Of a stretch of 64,000 nt of DNA, positions 59,267-64,000 are shown piece after piece (the stretch's first letter is position 1; every line of letters begins with the position of its first letter). The translations under genes and the position numbers were made by a program. The stretch is from an uncultured Bacillota bacterium (GTDB lineage Bacteria > Bacillota > Clostridia > Tissierellales > Tissierellaceae). The notes under the pieces were generated by a model. That model saw nothing but the letters and a program-made list of their open reading frames with translations. It ran no database searches and was not told the DNA's origin. The stretch covers positions 4,401-68,400 of the forward strand of contig CALGAG010000041.1 in assembly GCA_937951995.1 (NCBI GenBank). The letters run 5' to 3'.

Positions 59267-60435
59267 AGGATACAACTAAGAACCCTGAAAAAAATTTCAC
59301 AAATAAAGACCTGGCCGAAAAGAAATTATTGGACAAGGGTAAAAAGAACGGCTTGTTGACATACAAGGAAATAATGGACACTTTGGAAGCCGTGGATTTG
59401 GACCCGGAAGAAATCGATGAAATCTATCAGAGAATAGAGGACAGTGACATTGATATCATGGGTGAAAAGGATGAGGAGATCCTGCTGGCTGATGACGACG
59501 ATGATGAGGACAGTGATGAGGATATTGACAAGGTCGTGGATGAAGAGTTGGACAGTGATGATGACGAAGATGATGTCAAGGAAGACCTTACGGTACCAAA
59601 AGGAATAAGTGTAGATGACCCTGTCAGGATGTATCTGAAGGAAATCGGAAAGATTCCCCTGCTCACCAGCGAGGAGGAGATTGACCTTGCCATGAGAATG
59701 GAGGAAGGGGAAGAGCTGGCCAAGAAAAAGCTCGCAGAAGCCAATCTGAGGCTTGTGGTGAGTATAGCCAAGAGATACGTGGGAAGGGGGATGCTATTCC
59801 TTGACCTGATTCAGGAAGGTAATCTGGGCCTGATGAAGGCAGTTGAGAAATTCGAGTACAGGAAGGGATTTAAATTTAGTACCTATGCCACCTGGTGGAT
59901 TAGACAGGCCATTACACGGGCCATAGCTGACCAGGCAAGGACCATCAGGATTCCTGTGCACATGGTCGAGACAATAAATAAACTTGTCAGAGTTCAAAGG
60001 CAGCTTGTCCAGGAACTTGGACGGGACCCATCCCCAGAGGAAATCGGTCAGGAAATGAACTTGGATGTTGAGAGGGTAAGAGAAATTATGAAGATAGCTC
60101 AAGAGCCAGTTTCCCTTGAAACTCCCATTGGAGAAGAGGAAGACAGCCACCTTGGAGACTTCATACCAGATGAGGATGTACTTGCACCAGCTGATGCAGC
60201 CACTTTCACAATGCTTAGGGAACAGCTGATTGACGTGTTGGACAGCTTGACCCCCAGAGAGCAGAAGGTGCTGAAGCTTAGATTTGGACTGGATGACGGT
60301 AGGGCCAGGACCCTTGAGGAGGTTGGCAAGGAGTTTGAGGTAACCAGAGAGAGAATAAGACAGATTGAGGCAAAGGCATTGAGAAAGCTTCGTCACCCCA
60401 GCAGGAGTAAAAAATTAAAGGACTTTCTTGAATAA
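59263..60435 (+). CDS. rpoD: RNA polymerase sigma factor SigA/RpoD
   Basis: [43 protein letters not shown]. Confidence 0.99.
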   Translation: MKDTTKNPEKNFTNKDLAEKKLLDKGKKNGLLTYKEIMDTLEAVDLDPEEIDEIYQRIEDSDIDIMGEKDEEILLADDDDDEDSDEDIDKVVDEELDSDDDEDDVKEDLTVPKGISVDDPVRMYLKEIGKIPLLTSEEEIDLAMRMEEGEELAKKKLAEANLRLVVSIAKRYVGRGMLFLDLIQEGNLGLMKAVEKFEYRKGFKFSTYATWWIRQAITRAIADQARTIRIPVHMVETINKLVRVQRQLVQELGRDPSPEEIGQEMNLDVERVREIMKIAQEPVSLETPIGEEEDSHLGDFIPDEDVLAPADAATFTMLREQLIDVLDSLTPREQKVLKLRFGLDDGRARTLEEVGKEFEVTRERIRQIEAKALRKLRHPSRSKKLKDFLE

Positions 60436-60476
60436 GATTCGCTTTGCGGATCTTATTCCCATGAAAAGGAGAAATT

Positions 60477-61163
60477 ATGAACCTATCACCTAGACTGAAG
60501 AAAATTGCTGATTTTGTACCAATAAATTCCATTGTGGCTGACATTGGCACCGATCACGGCTATGTTCCCAAGTATCTCATAGATAAGGGGATCAGCAAGC
60601 TTGTGATTGCCACTGACATAAGCAGGGGATCTCTCCAGAAGACAATTGACTATATAAGGGAAGAGAATCTTGAAGACCAGATAGAGGCCAGACTCGGAGA
60701 TGGTCTTGAACCCATTCTTCCCTTCCAGGCTGACACCGGTGTGATAGCAGGAATGGGAGGATTGTTGATCGTGGAAATTCTAGAGAAGTCAATGGCTGTT
60801 GCAAAAAGCCTCAACAGGCTGATACTTCAACCCATGGTAGGATCTGTGGAGTTGAGAAGGTTTCTCCATGGAGCTGGTTTTCAGATAATTGATGAGGACC
60901 TGGTTAAAGAGGGAGACAAGTATTACGAAATTATTGTTGCAAAAGTCGGACTACAGAAATTTGCCAATGAGTTTGATTATGAAATAAGCCCAGTCTTAAT
61001 GAAGAAAGGAAATCCCCTGACAAAAGAGATGGTAGAGACAAGATTAAGTATACATGAAAAAATAATGGACACACTAAGGGATAGTCCAGGAGAAAAAAGC
61101 AAGGCAAGACTTGTGGAGCTGGACAAGATAGTGAGAGATTACAGGGAGGTGCTTGAAAGGTGA
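60477..61163 (+). CDS. trmK: tRNA (adenine22-N1)-methyltransferase TrmK
   Basis: LSPRL, ADIGTDHGYVP, RLGDGL, IAGMGG, LILQP. Confidence 0.95.
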   Translation: MNLSPRLKKIADFVPINSIVADIGTDHGYVPKYLIDKGISKLVIATDISRGSLQKTIDYIREENLEDQIEARLGDGLEPILPFQADTGVIAGMGGLLIVEILEKSMAVAKSLNRLILQPMVGSVELRRFLHGAGFQIIDEDLVKEGDKYYEIIVAKVGLQKFANEFDYEISPVLMKKGNPLTKEMVETRLSIHEKIMDTLRDSPGEKSKARLVELDKIVRDYREVLER

Positions 61164-62260
61164 AAGCCTCTGAAATAATCAGTAAAATTGAAGAATGGAC
61201 ACCGAGAAATCTTGTGGATTCATGGGACAACACAGGTCTTCAGGTTGGAAGGCCCAACCAGACAGTTAATGGAATACTCATAGCCATGGATGTAACGGAT
61301 GGACTTGTACAAAAGGCAATTGAAACGAACTGCAACATGATAATTACCCACCACCCATTTTTGTTCAGGCCCCTGGAAAGTCTGGTTTTCAATGACTACA
61401 AGGGCAACCTGATAAGAAATATCATCCTTAATGACATTGTCATATACAACGCACATACAAACCTGGACCTGGCTGATGGTGGGATAAATGACAGGCTTGC
61501 CCAGCTGTTTGGAATGACCAGCACCGAGATATTGAGCGGTTCAACAAGTGAAGACCTTGTAAAGGTTGCTGTCTATGTCCCTAAGACACATGAAGGAAAG
61601 ATACTTCAGGCATTATCGGATTCGGGAGCAGGATCCATTGGTGAGTACGGTGATTGCAGTTTTTCACTGGAAGGAACAGGACGATTCAGACCCATGGAAG
61701 GCTCAAACCCCTATCTGGGTTCCACTGGTGTTTTGGAGTCAGTTGATGAATCAAGGATTGAGACAATTGTCAGGAAAGAGAATCTCCAGAATACCCTGGA
61801 TAGGATAAGGGCCAGCCACCCATATGAGGAGGTAGCCTTGGACATTTATCCTTTGCTGAACAAAGGCAAGTCCCATGGCTACGGTAGAGTCGGGAACATA
61901 GAGGGATGTAGCCTTTCCCAGTTGGCGGAAATCACAAAACAGGTACTCCAGCTTGAAAGGGTTAGGGTATACGGCACTAGCAGGGGTAAAATTGAAAGGA
62001 TAGCACTTTGTGGTGGAGCAGGGGCGGATTTCATAAGGGACGCATCCATGAAAGGGGCACAGGTGTATATTACAGGAGATATAAAATACCACGACGCCCA
62101 GCTGGCATACGAGGAAGGTATTGTTTTGATTGATGGCACCCATTACGGCACCGAAAGAATAATTCTTCCTGTTCTAGAGAAAAAGCTAGCAGACTACAGT
62201 GGAGGAAAAATCAAAATTGAAGTTTACGAGGATAATTCTTTTAACTTTGAATGCTACTAG
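61160..62260 (+). CDS. Nif3-like dinuclear metal center protein (YqfO type, PII-like insert)
   Basis: WDNTGLQVG, ITHHPF, HTNLD, HPYEEVA, YITGDIKYH, HYGTE. Confidence 0.93.
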   Translation: MKASEIISKIEEWTPRNLVDSWDNTGLQVGRPNQTVNGILIAMDVTDGLVQKAIETNCNMIITHHPFLFRPLESLVFNDYKGNLIRNIILNDIVIYNAHTNLDLADGGINDRLAQLFGMTSTEILSGSTSEDLVKVAVYVPKTHEGKILQALSDSGAGSIGEYGDCSFSLEGTGRFRPMEGSNPYLGSTGVLESVDESRIETIVRKENLQNTLDRIRASHPYEEVALDIYPLLNKGKSHGYGRVGNIEGCSLSQLAEITKQVLQLERVRVYGTSRGKIERIALCGGAGADFIRDASMKGAQVYITGDIKYHDAQLAYEEGIVLIDGTHYGTERIILPVLEKKLADYSGGKIKIEVYEDNSFNFECY

Positions 62261-62275
62261 ATAGGGGGACTTCTA

Positions 62276-63001
62276 ATGCTGGACCTGGCTGGTTTGTGGG
62301 AACTTGAAAAGCACTACGACAATCTTAGTACGATGAGGAATCAGATGAAGCTTTTACAGGAGAGTACCGAGTTGAGGAGGATGGAAAGGGAGATCAGAGT
62401 TTTGGAAGAGAGGTTTGAAGACCTGTTGGTCAAGAGGAAAGACCTGAAGCTTCACCTTAGAAAGCTTGAGCAGGAAGTTGATGTCCACAAGGACAAATAC
62501 AAATCTGCAGAAGTGAATCTCTACAATGGCTCAGTAAAGGACCTAAAACAACTGGACCACCTAGAAAGGGAAAAGGAGTATCACCTAAGCCTGGTTGATA
62601 GCCTGGAGGATGAAATAATTGACACAATGGGCATAAGCGAGGAGACCGAAGCAGGCATAAGTGAAGGCAAAAGTCTTCTGTCACAGAAAAGGAAGGACCT
62701 TGTGGATAAGCAGAAGCTCTTTGATAAGGCTAATTCAGATTTAAGTGACAGGATCGAATTGGAAGAGAAAACCATTGGGGATCTTGAAAGTGACCTTGAT
62801 GAGAAACTACTTTCCATCTACCATGACATCAGAAAAAGAAAGGGCACTGGTATTGCCCAGGTAAGAAATGAAGTTTGCAAGGGTTGCAACATGCACCTAC
62901 CGGAAAAAATTGTAGAAAAGGCAAAGCAGGGGAAAAGTGTGGCTACATGTGAGAGCTGTGGAAGGATTCTCTACCATGAGATGGACATGGACAACATTTA
63001 G
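62276..63001 (+). CDS. Coiled-coil protein with C-terminal C4 zinc ribbon (DUF164/CT398-like)
   Basis: Long heptad region then CKGCNMHLP...CESCGRIL. Confidence 0.88.
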   Translation: MLDLAGLWELEKHYDNLSTMRNQMKLLQESTELRRMEREIRVLEERFEDLLVKRKDLKLHLRKLEQEVDVHKDKYKSAEVNLYNGSVKDLKQLDHLEREKEYHLSLVDSLEDEIIDTMGISEETEAGISEGKSLLSQKRKDLVDKQKLFDKANSDLSDRIELEEKTIGDLESDLDEKLLSIYHDIRKRKGTGIAQVRNEVCKGCNMHLPEKIVEKAKQGKSVATCESCGRILYHEMDMDNI

Positions 63002-63038
63002 GTTTTAAAGAAAAGGCATCTGTGATATAATATACTTA

Positions 63039-63367
63039 GAGTAAGTTGTATGGTCGCATGTCTACGACATGAGGAAAGTCCGTGCTCCGTAGAGCAGGAT
63101 GCTGGATAACGTCCAGTGGGGGCAACCCTAAGGATAGTGCAACAGAAATAGACCGCCAGAAATGGTAAGGATGGAAAGGTGAGGTAAGAGCTCACCAGCA
63201 TCTAGGCGACTAGGTGGCTCTGTAAACCCCATCCGGAGCAAGACCAAAAGGGAGCACAAAAAGGCAGTTGCTCGTTGCCGCTCCAAAGGTAGGTCGCATG
63301 AGTCTGCAGGTAACTGCAGACCTAGATAGATGACCATAGAAACAGAACACGGCTTATAGACTTACTC
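63039..63367 (+). ncRNA. rnpB: RNase P RNA (type A)
   Basis: P1 GAGTAAGT/ACTTACTC, GAGGAAAGTCC, AGTGCAACAGAAA, GGTAAGAG, AGATAGATGA, ACAGAACACGGCTTA. Confidence 0.97.
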
Positions 63368-63373
63368 AAACGT

Positions 63374-63409
63374 GAAAACCTCCGGGAGATACCCGGAGGT
63401 TTTCTCTTA
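63374..63409 (+). terminator. Terminator after rnpB
   Basis: GAAAACCTCCGGG-AGATA-CCCGGAGGTTTTC perfect 13 bp stem. Confidence 0.88.
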
Positions 63410-63479
63410 TATGTAACGAGAAAGACATATTCTCATGATTGTTGAAAATACAACGTTTAAAGCAATGATGATTTAACTT

Positions 63480-63532
63480 TGTAACCGTTTTGTAAATAAT
63501 TCATTGAAAAAGGACCTTCCTTGTATTATAAT
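63480..63532 (+). promoter_or_regulatory. WalR-type direct repeat plus sigma-A promoter
   Basis: TGTAAC-N5-TGTAAA (63480-63496), then TTGAAA-N17-TATAAT (63504-63532). Confidence 0.7.
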
Positions 63533-63571
63533 ACCTTTATGAGACTAATCGAAGATAAGGGAGTGTTCATA

Positions 63572-64000
63572 TTGCACAATAGAAAACACAAACTGGCTTT
63601 CAAGATATTGGCGCTTTGTATGCTAATGGGAGTTGGATTTAAAGACACAGGTGTATTTGTAAAAAGCTTTGCACTGATGAATGATCAGGCCACTGAAGTT
63701 ACTTTTGACAAGGAAGAAAGGGTCACAGTTGCAAAGGAGGGAAGCGATTCCTACCAGGTGTTGAAGGATGGTACATACTACAGCATACCAAAGAATGTAA
63801 TGATTAGGACCACAAGAAGCTCTGACAGATATACTGTTGAAGAGGCCACTGTAATGTATAAGGAAGCAGACTCAAATTCACAGGTTGTGAAGGAAATACA
63901 GCCTGGGGAAGAGCTTGTGATGGCAAGCTACGATGAAACCTTCGGCTACTTCATAACAGCGGAAAGCTTTCATATCGGTCATGTTCGCATGGATCAGACA
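63572..64000 (+). CDS. Secreted protein, probable SH3b-containing cell-wall protein (3'-truncated, absent from ORF track)
   Basis: RBS AGGGAG + TTG; open frame to window end; basic/hydrophobic signal-like N-terminus MHNRKHKLAFKILALCMLMG; SH3b-like ATVMYKEADSNSQVVKEIQPGEEL. Confidence 0.7.
   Translation, partial: MHNRKHKLAFKILALCMLMGVGFKDTGVFVKSFALMNDQATEVTFDKEERVTVAKEGSDSYQVLKDGTYYSIPKNVMIRTTRSSDRYTVEEATVMYKEADSNSQVVKEIQPGEELVMASYDETFGYFITAESFHIGHVRMDQT

Noticed and set aside
59485-59580. GAT/GAC/GAG trinucleotide-rich repeat
   Set aside because: Encodes the acidic linker of SigA; not a mobile or regulatory repeat.
59794-60396. 200 aa minus-strand ORF
   Set aside because: Lies wholly antisense to the most conserved part of sigA; no RBS or recognisable motifs; a shadow ORF.
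63128-63337. Short minus-strand ORFs near 63 kb
   Set aside because: They overlap the RNase P RNA gene.
1-64000. CRISPR array, IS element, prophage, integron or rRNA
   Set aside because: No spaced direct repeats, transposase/integrase/phage ORFs or rRNA motifs; all intergenic gaps over 250 bp are explained by the T-box, rnpB or promoters.

Overview
A 64 kb stretch of core chromosome from an anaerobic Firmicute (Clostridia/Tissierellia-like gene order; taxon is an inference). It is almost entirely + strand. In order: mreC(partial)-mreD-large PBP2-minCDE; TIGR03960/TIGR03936 radical-SAM pair-RNase G/E-rplU-prp-rpmA; obgE-yhbY-nadD-yqeK-LCP-rsfS-ridA; dacA(-); comEA-selD-selA-selB-response regulator-tRNA-Sec; AlaX-like(-); comEC-holA; rpsT(-); lepB-lepA-hemW; CIRCE-hrcA-grpE-dnaK-dnaJ-prmA-rsmE-mtaB-HIT; rpsU-yqeY-nfeD-floA; phoH-pgpH-ybeY-dgkA-DUF3048-cdd-era-recO; T-box-glyQS-ccpN-PSRP; dgt-dnaG-sigA-trmK-nif3-C4 Zn-ribbon-rnpB; and the start of a secreted protein. 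No mobile element, prophage, CRISPR array or rRNA was seen. The most interesting area is the selenocysteine locus (17.2-24.5 kb). SelD is itself a selenoprotein (in-frame UGA missed by the ORF track). The operon starts with comEA behind a sigma-H-like promoter. It ends in an orphan OmpR-family regulator with Glu in place of the phospho-acceptor Asp (E53). An AlaX-type editing gene abuts tRNA-Sec. Also notable: a probable ATT/ATC start for ccpN, a WalR-type box, a Zn-motif PBP2 with large insertions, and three sites where sporulation genes usually present are missing.
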